A stretch of 64,000 nucleotides of DNA, from contig NEEC01000008.1 of NCBI GenBank assembly GCA_002189035.1, forward strand, positions 3,100,001 to 3,164,000, written 5' to 3'. Position 1 is the first letter of the stretch; every line of letters begins with the position of its first letter. The position numbers and the translations under genes are program-made. A model generated the notes under the pieces. It was not told where the DNA came from. It saw only the letters and a list, made by a program, of their open reading frames with translations, and made no database searches. This DNA is from Utricularia gibba (lineage: Eukaryota > Plantae > Magnoliophyta). Shown here piece after piece: positions 50,981 to 63,992 of the stretch.

Positions 50981-51810
50981 ATGGGAGGGAAGTGCCCGCA
51001 CAGAAGCGTGAAAAAGCGCCGATATTCGCATAAATCCTCCAGGAGGACAAAGTTTCTTTTAATGGATATCCTTTTATTACCCAAGAATGTAACCTGACTT
51101 CCGCATCTGAATTTCATTGGTTACTCCTTTTTTCCTTGACAATGAATTTGTCCACGCGACGATGCTGTTTACGATGAGCTTCAGAAAACCGATGGGAAAA
51201 CTCGAGCCCTGCCTTTGGATGAAGACCTTCCAGGAATGGGGCAGTTTTATTGTTTACACTGCGAGTAATGTTTTCTTATTCTCTGAGTTTTTTTTTTCCT
51301 TTATTTAGTGCATTGTTTCCGTTCCCGTTTTGATTTTTGGCGCTGTTTCTTCATCAGTCGCTACTTCGCTAATCTTGCTGTGAGGGACGAACATTTCAAA
51401 ACGAAGCGGCATAAGAAGCGGTACGCCTACTTTCCTTGTTGAATCTCTTCAATGACTGATTCATCTGTTGCCATGAGTCAAATTTGGGAAAATTTTAGAT
51501 AAAAAAAGATTGCTCCATATGGGAAACAAGGTTTTTGAAACATGAGAATTTCCATTGTAAACTGGCTAATTACCCGCCATTTTCCATGGACTTGGTGTTC
51601 ATCATATTTATGGTGACTGAATTGATCTAGTGTTTTTTCAATATAATTATATTCCCCCTTAAGAATGCATTGATTCGCACATGGTCTCTCCTGCGCAGTT
51701 TGAAGCAAATGGCGGGTCCTGCTCCTCACACTCAGCTGGATGCTGATCTCGCCGCTGGAATGGGGATGCCTGATAATGGGCCGAAGTTGATGTCTATGAG
51801 CTTCGCATAG
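50981..51810 (+). CDS. ZNF593: C2H2 zinc-finger protein ZNF593/Bud20 homologue (ribosome biogenesis); exons 50981-51065, 51156-51264, 51358-51420, 51699-51810; intron 1 is AT-AC
   Basis: Spliced product MGGKCPHRSVKKRRYSHK...FLLMGDDAVYDEL...LDEDLPGMGQFYCLHCDRYFANLAVRDEHFKTKRHKKRLKQMAGPAPHTQLDADLAAGMGMPDNGPKLMSM is in frame. Confidence 0.92.
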
Positions 51811-52492
51811 AACACATAAATTGCAGTTCTGCATACTGTTAGCATCAAGGCTGTGTGTTATTCGTCACTACGATCAGAACTCCTGAATGGCTTATACCGA
51901 CTTCGTTTTTTTTAGTTCCCTACGTCTGTAAGAATTCAAACAAGTTTCTCCCCGGTTGCCCTTTCAGTTATTAATACACGGATCATTCCCATTTCGGTTA
52001 TCTGGCGGAAAAGAGTCTATGGCTGAAGCCGCGTTTGGAGTCCTCTTCTCCACCTCGCTTTGCTTCTACAGGGGACGCATTCTCTCAAGCCCTTTCTCTC
52101 GTTGACGATTCGCTGTTCTTCCTCATAATTTTTTCGATCACCGCAACGGCTATTCGGGCCTCCGGGTCCTCCCATTTCGACGGAGATGATGATTTCGGGT
52201 TGTACCCATGGGATAATTCGACAACGACGAATCCCCCTATTTACAGAACCTCACGTTTCTTTATGTTTATCGTAACTCTTTTGCTGAATTCTTTGGCGGG
52301 TTTCCGATAGCTTTGAAATGGGTTCCAAGGGAAGAGTAACACTATTTACTTCTGATAGGTTGATCTAAATCAGTGGGAATCTTGTCCCTCGCCATGTTTC
52401 TGTATGTTCCCTGATCTTTGATTCTGATGATGTTATTGCAGATCATGACCCAAGATGCCATTTTTATTGTGCCTTGTCTTCTTTTATTACAG

Positions 52493-53233
52493 AGAATTCA
52501 ACCATTCGATAAGTGCTATCAGTTTCTTTTGTTTGCTGCAGAACCATATGAAATTATTGCTTTCAAGGTAATTATTTTTATTAATCTCCATGTGTTAGAT
52601 AGTTCATAACATCTTCATTGCAACATGATTATATACAGCTAAACCAAATGTTCATGATTAGCTCTTTGGTTCTTCCAAAATGTTCTTTTAGGATCACGAG
52701 TTTTGGGGCCTCGGGTGGCAGTTTATGCAGTTCATTCTGATAGCTTTTTCGTCGCTTTATGTGAAATTTAGACATGTTTGGTTGAAAGTTCTTATGCTTA
52801 TTTAGTTTGTTGCATCATAAAGGGCTTTTGCTGCAGTGCTTTATCAATTTGACATTGTGAAAAGCAGGGTGTTTTTTTCAAGTCCTACTAGAAGGTGTAA
52901 ACTCTGAAAAGAACTACTTTATTATGATGTTGTCTGCTACAATACCTGGAAGTTGACGTTGTTGCTGCCATACTGACTATAAACACTGTTAAAAGTTCTT
53001 TGTTCGTTTGGATATTCAATATGCAGTTGCAACTATACTTCAAGACTGAAAAAACCTCAGCCTCCTCCATCAACTGATGAAACTTCAGTTCCCGGTTCTG
53101 CGCCAAGGCTGATGCACATGCACCGCCTCCGCACTCATTCCCACCACCCCTGATGGCAACCGGAGCTCGGCCTATGCCTCCACCTCCGATGGCAAATGTT
53201 GGCCCTGGTTCACAAATGTTCAGGGCTGAATGA
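52493..53233 (+). pseudogene. Partial splicing factor 3A subunit 2 (SF3A2/SAP62)-like sequence, C-terminal part only
   Basis: Exon 52493-52567 RIQPFDKCYQFLLFAAEPYEIIAFK. Exon from 53027 LQLYFK followed by a frameshifted Pro-rich tail (PPPHSFPPPLMATGARPMPPPPM). No N-terminal zinc finger and no VPS..SHWD exon found. Confidence 0.6.
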
Positions 53234-53808
53234 AGTCTTCATTTACACTTGTTGAAGAATCACGGGCGGCTGTTGTCATTACAATTCTGCTTGAATGAGA
53301 AATGTAGAGCTTCCTCATCTCAAGTTTTAAAGTATGCTCTGAATTCGAAGTTTGGCCATGCAGCCTATGTTCATTCTGAGTAGCGTCATCGTTTGAAGGG
53401 GAGAGCTCTCTGAAATTCAGGGTTCCCAGACATCAAACAAAACCAACACGCGGAGCCAAATTACATGCCATTAAGCATATGAGTTATCTTTCTGATAGAA
53501 GCCTCCGACCTGGATTTCATGGAGTCCGTCCTTGAGCAGCGCCGGAGCAAAATTAACCTAGGAGAAGAATGTTCGTTGCAAACAAATATTTGGCTGGAAA
53601 AACTAGGGCTTGGGAAGACCAATTGCCGTAACGATCGCTGGAGGTTGCCGGAGAAATAAGTGTGTTCGTCACCGGATACCGAGGAGTGCGAAGGATTTCG
53701 CCGGCTATGGATTTTCAGAGCAACACCCCAAAATTCGTTATTATCATCAAATCTTGAGATTTTTTTCATGGAGTGGTCTTTGAGGAATTAGCCCGGAAGA
53801 GCCATACA

Positions 53809-55215
53809 ATGCTGGCTGCAAAAACCCTACCGTACATTCTTCGCACAAATTCGGTTATCACCAACCGCCGTTGCATCTTCTCATTTGCTAGAAGCTTGGC
53901 TACGGGGACCAGTTCCACCCATGGCGCCGGGGGAAGTAGCAAAGCCAAAGGCTTGCCCAACGATGACTATTTTGCGACACTTCACCATGTCTCCGACATT
54001 GTGAGGCGAGATATCTACATGGAGCGGACACTCAACAAGATGAACATATCAAGCCTTGTTAATTCAGAGCTAGTCTTTCGCGTCATCCGCAATTGCAACA
54101 GCTTTGGTATAGAATGCTTTCGCTTTTTCAACTGGGCTCGAACAAATCAGCCAAATTATGATCCGACAACCCTTGAGTTTGAGGAGCTGGTAAGAGTCTT
54201 AGCTCGAACCAGCCACTGGGAGACCATGTGGAAGGTAATGCATAATATGAAATCTCAGAGTATCGCTATTTCGCCTTCTGTGATGTCCTTCGTTATCGAA
54301 CAGTATGCTAAGCATGGTCTCATTGACAAAGCTGTCCAGCTCTTTAATGGCCTCAAAAACCTTGCTTGCCCACAAACCACCGAGGTGTACAATTCCTTGC
54401 TTTTTGCTCTCTGTCATGTTAAGAATTTCCAAGGTGCGTATGCTTTGGTCAGAAGGATGATTAGAAAAGGGACTGCTCCTGATAAGAGAACATATTCTGT
54501 GCTTGTCAATGCTTGGTGTTCTGCTGGTAAGATGATGGAAGCACAGGATTTCTTGGAGGAAATGAGTAAGAAGGGATATAATCCGCCTGTTCGAGGCCGC
54601 GATTTACTGATCAACGGACTGCTGAATGCAGGGTATCTTGAGTCAGCTAAAGGGCTAGTGAGGAGAATGACCAAGGATAGCTTCGTTCCAGATGTTGGCA
54701 CATTCAACTGTTTGATTGAAGCTCTCTGCAAATCCGGAGAAATCGATTTTTCCATCGGCCTTTTCAATGATGTCTGTGAATTAGGCTTCTCCCCAGACAT
54801 GGAAACATACAAGACCATGATTTCAGCTGCTTCAAAAGCTGGAAAGGTGCATGAGGCATTAAGGATTCTTCACAGGTCCATTGAGGAAGGCAACCGCCCT
54901 TTTCCCAGCTTGTATGCACCCATTTTGAAAGCTTACTGCCGCAGGGGACAGTTTGATGATGCACTCAGCTTATTTGCTGATATGAGAGTGAAGGGTCATC
55001 CTCCAAATCGCCCCATCTATACGATGCTCATAAAACTGTGCTGCCGTGGTGGAAGAGTCGTGGAAGCAGCCAACTTCTTGGTGGAAATGGCGGGGTTGAA
55101 GTTGCTGCCGATGCCGAAAATCTTCGACATGGTTTCGGATGGATTGAAGAACTGTGGTAGGCATGATTTAGCCAGAAGAATTCAGCAGTTAGAGATATCT
55201 GTCAGGGGTGTTTGA
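53809..55215 (+). CDS. P-class pentatricopeptide repeat protein, probably mitochondrial (At5g18390-like), intronless
   Basis: Single 468-codon ORF with tandem 35-aa PPR motifs (VYNSLLFALC, TYSVLVNAWCSAGKM, TFNCLIEALCKSG) and a basic N-terminal targeting-like peptide. Confidence 0.93.
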   Translation: MLAAKTLPYILRTNSVITNRRCIFSFARSLATGTSSTHGAGGSSKAKGLPNDDYFATLHHVSDIVRRDIYMERTLNKMNISSLVNSELVFRVIRNCNSFGIECFRFFNWARTNQPNYDPTTLEFEELVRVLARTSHWETMWKVMHNMKSQSIAISPSVMSFVIEQYAKHGLIDKAVQLFNGLKNLACPQTTEVYNSLLFALCHVKNFQGAYALVRRMIRKGTAPDKRTYSVLVNAWCSAGKMMEAQDFLEEMSKKGYNPPVRGRDLLINGLLNAGYLESAKGLVRRMTKDSFVPDVGTFNCLIEALCKSGEIDFSIGLFNDVCELGFSPDMETYKTMISAASKAGKVHEALRILHRSIEEGNRPFPSLYAPILKAYCRRGQFDDALSLFADMRVKGHPPNRPIYTMLIKLCCRGGRVVEAANFLVEMAGLKLLPMPKIFDMVSDGLKNCGRHDLARRIQQLEISVRGV

Positions 55216-56299
55216 GCCTTTCATCCGTTTGGTACAGCACTATGCAGACACAGACCTGCTTGCTCATCTCCCTGCAACTAAGCAGAAGCACTTAGAAAAT
55301 TCAGGTTTATATAGTAAATAAAAATTTCTACGAAATATTTATGTATGATATTATTTATTTCGAAAAATTTCTGAACTACTCCATAAAAGCCTATCGCATT
55401 CCGCTTAATCTTTGATGATCATGATCTTGAAAATGTATTGATTTGTATATATTTGATAATTTTTTCTATCTTAAGAATAAAGTGGCTTGATCAATAGGTT
55501 CTTTAGAACAAAGTGATTTGATTAAATTTATTTGTGACATCCAAATTCTATTTAATAAAATTTTTAGATATACATTTTTTAAAGTAATTTTTTAAAAAAA
55601 TTAGAAGTTGGCTTTTAAAATTTTTTAACATAAAAATCGTTTGAGTTTAATAATAAATTTACTTTGGAAACATCGTTCGAAATATAAAATTTATTTAAAA
55701 TAGAATATTAATTTACGATTTTATATTTGTAAGAAGCCCAGCTATTGAGGGTCCATTGTATTTACGTTTTTTTCATTCAGGCCCAATGTTAAAAGCCCAA
55801 TTCTGGGGAATGAATAACCAAATTCCTTAACGCCTCCACCTCCGCTCCCATGGCTGGGACACTTGAATTCGTCATACAGCTTCGTTCGCTCGCAATTGGA
55901 TTAGTGGTGTCTCCCCTTCTTCCTCTGCGACCGCGAATTTGCCGTCTTTCCTTCTACTCTTCTTTCTGATGGAAGAATTGGAAAAGTTTTCACGCTTTGT
56001 TGTGTCTTGCGATTTGTAGAAACTTGTATTCGCGTTTATGAAGGTTTAGGGGCATTTAGGAGTATCATTCGCCTTGACGCGGTGAAATCGTTTGTTAGTA
56101 CCGGTGTATGCGTTTCCGTTCGGTGTATTTTTTGAATTTAGGGTTTTTTTGGAATGGCTGCTCTTCTGCACTAGGTATCGAAATATTGGGTTGACGAATA
56201 CTTTTCTGGGATCACATTTTTGTGCAGTATTCTGCTTTTTCTGGAATTAGTGCAACAGTATTGGAAAAAGTAGAAGCTTTTGAGTTTTTTTTTTGAAAT

Positions 56300-59200
56300 A
56301 TGGAGAACACTCGCAGACAATTTGATAGATCTTTATCAAGGGAACCGGGGCCAAAGAAGCCTAGGCTCGCTGATGATATTGCAGCATCTGATCGCAGTTC
56401 TAATATGCGCGCCTTGTATATGCAACGGCAAGTGCCTTCAAACTCTGGGAGTGGAGCAAGGATTCAGAGAGAGAGAGATTCTGATAGCAGTGATTCCTCG
56501 CGCAGGCCGTCACAACTGCAGCAAAGCATGCTGCCGCATTTGGATCTTGTTAACCAGTATAAGGGAGCATTATCAGAGCTGACATTCAACTCTAAACCGA
56601 TAATAACTAATTTGACAATTATAGCTGGTGAGAATCTACATGCGGCCAAGGCTATTGCTTCTACTGTCTGCAACCATATCCTTGAGGTGAGTCTGTTTAT
56701 CTTTATTTTTACTGATACTATCATCTGCATTCAACTTTAAGGCCTGTGCTGTGTTTTAAGAATCAATCAGGTCTCTCATTCTGATTACTTGGTCTTCGTC
56801 TTGGCTGCTAAAAGTGAAGAATCAACTCTCAAATTTTGCGTCCAAAAAACTTAAACTAGCGACTAAAACTTGTCTTGTTCACAGGTTTCAAAAGAGCAGA
56901 AGCTGCCTTCCCTATATTTACTGGACAGCATTGTGAAGAACATTGGTCGGGACTATATAAAATATTTTGCTCTCAGATTACCTGAGGTTAGTTTTCTGCT
57001 TTTCTTATATAAGTTTATCTGTAACCTGTGTTGCGCTGGACCACAGAGTCATTTGGATACGTTGGTGTCTTTCCTGCGTATGTGCTCATGGCCATTCATT
57101 TTGTTATCAGAAGGGGAATGGTGGTTCTGTTTATTCCCCTGTATGCCTCTTTCCTGAATTCTTTTTTTTATTGTTATTTTCAGGTTTTCTGTAAGGCATA
57201 TCGGCAAGTTGATCCTTCAATACATCAAGGCATGCGCCATCTCTTTGGAACATGGAGAGGAGTTTTTCCTCCAGAACCACTTCACATTATTCAAAAGGAG
57301 CTTGGATTTCCTAGCAGTGCCAATGGTTCATCTTCAGGAATTACTACAAGGCCAGATGCACAGACACAGCGCCCTACTGGACATGCACATAGCATTCATG
57401 TTAATCCCAAATATTTAGAGGTAAGAGAGTGTGCGAGCCACGGTGTTGAAATCATTTTTTAATGTTATGTGGGGGTAATTTTCACTTGCAGCAATGTGTT
57501 TTACTTTGAAATGCCATTACTTTTTGGTGCTTTTGAAACCTCTCTGGATCAAAATCTCAGTATCTTTATGTTACTTATTTATTGAAGGCGAGGGGATCAG
57601 CTGGTGATATTAGTGAAGCTTTATTGGATTCACATGAGGTTGAAGGACCTGGGAGGCCAGCATGCAATAAGGTATTTATGGAAAGTATAATCGCGTATGC
57701 ACTTCTGTAGTTTTCTGATTCCTAAGTCAATGAACATTCCGTTTAGATCCTTCAAGGGCGTCAAGGAATTCAGCTTTTTTCTGCTGGCAATGAAAAAGTC
57801 TCAAGCATAAGATATTTGGACTCTGAGTATGGTTCCAGCGTGTCTGCTCGTTCACTTGCAGGTTCTGGAAGAGTGAAGGAAAATCTTAGAGAACAAGAAC
57901 TTGATAAAACATGGTACAAATCTGGCAATGAGTTAGCTCTTGAGAAATTGCAGAAGGAAAGGAACGGTTATGGTGTTAAGCACGGGATTGAACACTATGC
58001 CGAGAATCCGCCTATAAAGAACCCCACTGTGGTTACTAGTAGCTGGAAAAATTCCGAAGAGGAGGAGTATGCATGGGACACCATAAAGGCAAAAAAAATC
58101 AGTCAGGGAGTTACTAAGACGGCTGATTCTTTTTTTAAGAATAGTTGGGCTTCTTCTGATTATGAAAAGGAGGTAAATACTGTGTTTTTAGTTGAGTTCC
58201 TGTTATGAAGCTTTGGTCTTTGTTCTTTACGATGAATAACTACTTGTCTTTTCTTGGTTGGTGTTATTTAGGAGTTCGAAAGCTATCAACAAGGGCCTCT
58301 GATATCAAATGATAGGGAATCAAATATCTATGATGATCTATTGTCTGCCAGAACTGATTCTGAAGTCTCGGAAACTCGGGGACAATTTAAGAATGCTATG
58401 GACTATGATGAATATCTGAGTTCACTTGACTCATCGAGTAAAGTAGGAAGGATCCCTTTCCAGTCACAGTCTCGGTCTTCTCTTAATGGAAGTCAAAAAC
58501 CTGGTGCTTCAAGAGGTATGGTATCCCGACCCAGTGATAATGTGATACAACAGAGGCAGATACATGCTGGTGCCCCGTCATCAACATTGTCGGATAAAAA
58601 TCAACGCCCCCCTTCTCCTCCTCGTTCAGTAAGAAATATTTCTCGACAAACAGACAAGCTGAGGGATCACAATCGGACCTCACATGGACCTCCCACAGAT
58701 CCAAGAAAGGCTGCTTCATTGAGGAGCACTGGTTCGCCTGACAGGGTCTTGCAGAATTCTTTGCCTTTGCCTTCTAGAGAAGTTCACCGATTAAATGCAC
58801 AGAAACCGAAGATCCAAAATGTGCATACTGCACCTTCAACGATTCCTGCTTCACAGCAGAAGAAGCATGCTGGGCTTTCTTCACAGATCAGAAAAATTGA
58901 AGTGTCTGAGCTGGAGACTTCTAGCAATGGGCGGAACTTGATGTCATCTCAAGTCTCTCGCTCTGGAGCCAGTCAAACATAGGGAGTTCTTCATCTGGCC
59001 ACTCGAATCCTCTTGGAGTTGACTCCCCTGGTCAATCGATAAATAGCAGTTTTTTAACCGGAGTCAAAAATGTCTTGATTGCTGCTCCATCTGTCAGTAG
59101 CTCAAGTAAGGATGGTTTCCAGGATGTTGGGCTTGCAGAGGAAGATAAGGCGGCAGGCACATCTCCAGTTCATGACGCCTCATTTTTACAAGGTTTAGGA

Positions 59201-60120
59201 GAAGAGGAGATTCATGTAGGAGTCAGCTCCCCATCTAATCAGGTTTCCAGCCTGCTTAGTTCACTGATGGAAAGGGGCTTGATATCTGGTGTAAAGTCCG
59301 AGTCACCTTTGTCTTCATCAAGCCAGCTTAATCAAGAACCCTTTTCTCAACATATTATGCGTGCCACCGCATCCACTTCGGAGTCTTCTCTTCAAGTAGC
59401 CAGAGTGGAGACCATTTCGTCTGTGGAAAATGAGCCATCATCCTCAGAAATTCCTGATGAAGAATTGCCCGATAAAGCATTTGATGTTTTTCCGCAGCCT
59501 ACTGCTGAAATAAAAAACCTTATTGGATTCGAGTTCAAGTCAGATATAATTCGAAACTTGCATGCTGATGTACTGGCCGATCTCGTCTCTGACCTGCCAT
59601 ACAAATGTAACACCTGTGGGATTAAATTGAAGCTTGAAGATTCACTATCCAAGCACATGGAGTGGCATACATCAAGAGAGCAGAACTCAATGGACACGAA
59701 CTCGAGGACCTGGTACAAGCGCCTAGGAGACTGGCTCCCTGGAGATATTCTTGCAGAGACTAGGTTGGACTTGGTAGGAGAACCAGATGTAGACTCTGAG
59801 AGTATCGAGCATGCAGTTCAGGCAGATGAAAGCCAGATTGCCTGTGTTTTGTGTGGGGAGTTTTTCGAGGACTTCTACTGCCAAGAGAGAAATGAATGGA
59901 TGTTCAAGGGAGCTGTTCATCTAAGCATCCCCATGGATAGTACTTCCAGTAATGCTGGTATCGGACCAATAGTCCATGTCAACTGCAACTCCGAAGATTT
60001 CACACAAAACCTCCAAATCCTCTCCGCTGCAAAGCTGGTATTTACATTCTTTTCTCTCCATCTCTTGCTTAACCTTAATCTTCAAATCTACTCCTCCCTG
60101 TCCAGGTAAAGGCGGAATAA
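56300..60120 (+). CDS. PCF11-like polyadenylation/cleavage factor (PCFS family), multi-exon; apparent 1-bp deletion near 58975
   Basis: CID domain ([57 protein letters not shown]), [13 protein letters not shown]2H2 finger CNTCG...HMEWH, and [19 protein letters not shown]...WMFKGAV...GPIVHVNC; last exon VKAE*. Confidence 0.9.
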
Positions 60121-61234
60121 CTGCTCATTTGGGAACCAGACTTCTACGACCCACGTCGGAGCACCCTTCTGTTGCACTGCTGCTGATCATAGTGAGCGAC
60201 AACCACCTTGCCATGGATCCAAACCTCCACAACTGAATGGCTATGGCGTATAAGATCTGGGGTGTCTTTTGCCATGGCAGTGGAGGAAGTTGCAGCATTG
60301 CAAGGTTTCCTGCAGTGAAACCAAATCAACATAGAAGGTATATAATATGTAGATACATACATAGGTTGATTGCTGCGGATGGCCATGTTAATGTTTCATG
60401 TTGATGTGGTTTTGTCTCTGGGAGTTTAGATTCAGCACCGCATTGTCGGGTCGGGTGTGGTGGAGCTCCGATGTTGACTCGCGTTATTTGCTTGCTTGCT
60501 GATGGATTTTCCTTTCTCGGATCCAAATGGATTTCTATTGGCATGCGTTCGGTTGATGGGGTCAGGAGGGTTTACCATAAATATATTTTCAACTTAAATA
60601 AATCTATAGTCAAGAGTATTTTATTTAATCTATTTGTATTTATTTAAACCCACTAATAGTCCAAAGTTTACGTATATCTTATATTAAAATTATCATTTTT
60701 ACTTTAAATCCAAATGAATTAAATCATTTTAATTAGTTAAAATATAAACTATTATAATATGTTTTTATAAAAAAAATGTATTTATTCGTAATAATTGCCC
60801 TACAAAGATCTAGAAGGGTGTGGGCCCGTGGCATAGATATCAACATCGGCACACCAACCCACAAGAAAACCGGGGTCTCGAACCGCCGCTTGTTGAGCAC
60901 CCGGTTTACCCATACGCCCCCGGTTATCAAAGTTACCGTACCGATAATAAATGAAATTTTCATTCTATTTTTAATCGAAAAATCGGAAAATGATAGTTTT
61001 GGGATATTTTAAATAAATAATAAAATATATTCTTGAGCATATCCTTTCCTACAAAAAAAAATGAAGAAATTACTTGGAGAAGGGGGCAAAATAATGAAGG
61101 GATAATACTGAATAAAAATCAGATAAGGACCAGCACACCGAACTTTTCTTGTGTATAAAAAGGCCTTCTCCTTCAATTCTCATTCTGCCAGTCCTTTCAG
61201 TGTCTTTCAATCTTGTTGCGGTGAATCTCTCGCG

Positions 61235-62768
61235 ATGTCTTCGTACAGGGGAAAGTATGCTGGTAAGTTCTTCTTCCGATTCTATCGTTGTTTGTTCTTC
61301 GATTGATGTTGTTTCTGATTTCGGTAAATGATGGAGATCTGTAAACTTCTTATGATGGTTAGGTTGCGCTTGTTTTCGTTTTGTGGTTTGGTTGACCTAG
61401 ATCTTAGGAGATTGTTCTGAATTTGGTGGCGTAATGTTGGATTTAATGTTTATCCTAGAGGTTCTGGTAATGGCGGCTTTACTAATCGCGTTCTGGTTGA
61501 AAATGTTTTTGAAATGCCAGATCCTTCCGTGTTCAGTTTTTTCCTGCTTCCGAATTGTGAGGAGTTTGTGTTCTGTACATGGCTGATGCCTTCCTGCATA
61601 TGTGAAATAACATAATTTCGTGTTTTTTTTTTTCTGTAGATGAGCTCATTGCTAATGCTGCATACATTGGCACTCCTGGGAAGGGTATTCTTGCTGCTGA
61701 TGAATCTACAGGCACTATTGGCAAGCGTTTATCGAGCATCAATGTCGAGAATGTGGAATCGAACAGGAGGGCTCTGCGTGAGCTTCTGTTTACCACACCC
61801 GGTGCCCTTGAGTGCCTAAGTGGAGTAATTCTCTTTGAAGAAACTCTTTATCAGAAAACAGCATCAGGTTTGTGCATCTTTCAGGATTTGCAGTCGAACA
61901 TTTTGATTTATAAAAAGGAATTTATCCTGAATCTGTTACCTTTGCAGGCAAACCATTTGTTGATGTGATGAAAGAGGGTGGGGTTCTCCCTGGTATCAAG
62001 GTCGACAAGGGCGTGGTTGAGCTCGCCGGAACCAACGGCGAGACCACAACACAAGGCCTCGACGGTCTTGCGCAGCGTTGCCAACAATACTACGCAGCAG
62101 GTGCCCGCTTCGCCAAGTGGAGAGCTGTGCTGAAAATCGGCCCAAATGAGCCTTCACAGCTCGCTATAAACGAGAACGCCAATGGCTTGGCGCGCTATGC
62201 CATCATTTGCCAAGAGAACGGTTTGGTGCCAATTGTCGAACCGGAGATCCTGGTCGACGGCCCTCACAGCATCGATAAGTGCGCCGATGTGACCGAGCGC
62301 GTCCTCGCTGCTTGCTACAAGGCTCTCAACGATCACCATGTCCTCCTAGAAGGCACTCTCCTGAAGCCAAACATGGTGACCCCAGGTTCCGAGGCCAAGA
62401 AAGTCACCCCGGAGATCATCGCCGAGTACACCGTCCGTGCTCTGCAACGCACCGTCCCTGCCGCCGTCCCGGCCATCGTATTCCTCTCCGGCGGACAGAG
62501 TGAGGAGGAAGCCACAGTCAACCTCAATGCAATGAACAAGCTGAAAACAAAGAAACCTTGGAGCCTATCCTTCTCATTCGGGCGTGCGCTTCAGCAGAGC
62601 ACTCTCAAAACCTGGGCAGGCAAAGAGGAGAATCTCCAGAAAGCTCAGGCAGCGTTCCTTACACGGTGCAAGGCTAACTCCCAAGCCACCCTTGGTACTT
62701 ATGAAGGAAGCAGTGGCCTGAGCGAAGCTGCATCTGAGAGTCTCCACGTCAAGGACTACAAGTACTAG
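61235..62768 (+). CDS. FBA: Cytosolic fructose-bisphosphate aldolase (class I); exons 61235-61262, 61640-61867, 61948-62768
   Basis: MSSYRGKYA|[80 protein letters not shown]; no transit peptide. Confidence 0.98.
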
Positions 62769-63028
62769 GCATCGGGAGGCGGGTTTCGAGTTCATAACCA
62801 ACTCCGGCGTGATCGGTTCTTTTCGAGTGTTGGTTGACATGTTCTGGGTTCCCTGTTTTCTCCTTTTGTTGATGGTGTGCCTGAGACACATCTGAGTCGT
62901 TTGGAATGTGTTTTGCTCTGTTTTCATTCCTAAGATTACATTACCATAAAGAAGCATAAAACTCGACATGGGAACAGCGGACTCCTTACTACAACAACAA
63001 GCACATCTAATCATACAGTCCGAGTTGA

Positions 63029-63992
63029 TCACGTTGGTCGCATAGTTTCAATGTTCTTGTTCAGTTCTTCAAGCTTCTTCAGCCTCAGATGCTCGCTCTC
63101 GCTCACCATCTGCACCAGCTTGTTTCAATAATTCTTGATGAGAAACCAGACAAAAGAAGGGCAGAAAAGGGATAATCTTGATGGCAAAACGACACTCACC
63201 TCCATCAATCTTGTGATGAGTTGTACCTTTTCTTTGTTTTTCTCATTGTAGGCATCGAGGGCTTCCTTGTAATCCTTCTCCTGTAGATACCAACGTTAAT
63301 CGGTGTTCTCCTTGCCGGATTGCTACAATGTTATATAAGAGGAGATATAACAAAAGGTACCTTCTTCTGGCAAATCTGTCCAAGAGGTTTCAGCTCCTTG
63401 TTTACCACGTCGATTTTCTTTCTGATGAGTGAAACCTCCTTCTTCATGGGATCAGCCAATGCATCTAGTTGCTGAGGTTCACAGACCATTCACTTAGTCA
63501 ATAAGTATATCAGGAGTAGGGGTTCAGATGTTGCAAGAACATAACCAGAGAGTAGTAGGTTTCCTGTTCATGTAAATGATCTAAAATCTAGCAGATCTGG
63601 TTAACATTGTAGCATTGTAGCATTGTAGCACCCACACGATTGAAATCAATATTTTCACCTCCCTGCCCCGATGAAGGGAAAAGAAACTGAAAGTACCCAT
63701 CAGTTAGAACTCCATTTTTACACCTGTTCTGCCTTAAAGAGTGAAATGAAGAAAGAAATTTAAGGTACCCACGAGATATAACCCCACAAAATTGCATAAC
63801 GTTCTGCCAAAGCCCAAAACTACGAACTTCTACCTCGCGAATGGTGGCGAGGCGCTTGGTTTCCTCCTCGATTCGCCCCAGCTGGGCCTGCACTTTCTCC
63901 TTAACCTCCATCTTCCTCTTCTCGATCTCCTCTTCCTTAGCCCTGAAACACATGAGCGCAGAATTCGACATCTCTTCGTCCTCCTTCGCCAT
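63029..63992 (-). CDS. DUF662 / RAB6-interacting golgin (GORAB)-like coiled-coil protein; the frame stays open upstream, so the start may lie beyond the window
   Basis: SALMCFRAKEEEIEKRKMEVKEKVQAQLGRIEEETKRLATIRE|LDALADPMKKEVSLIRKKIDVVNKELKPLGQICQKK|EKDYKEALDAYNEK...|VSESEHLRLKKLEELNKNIETMRPT*. Confidence 0.85.
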
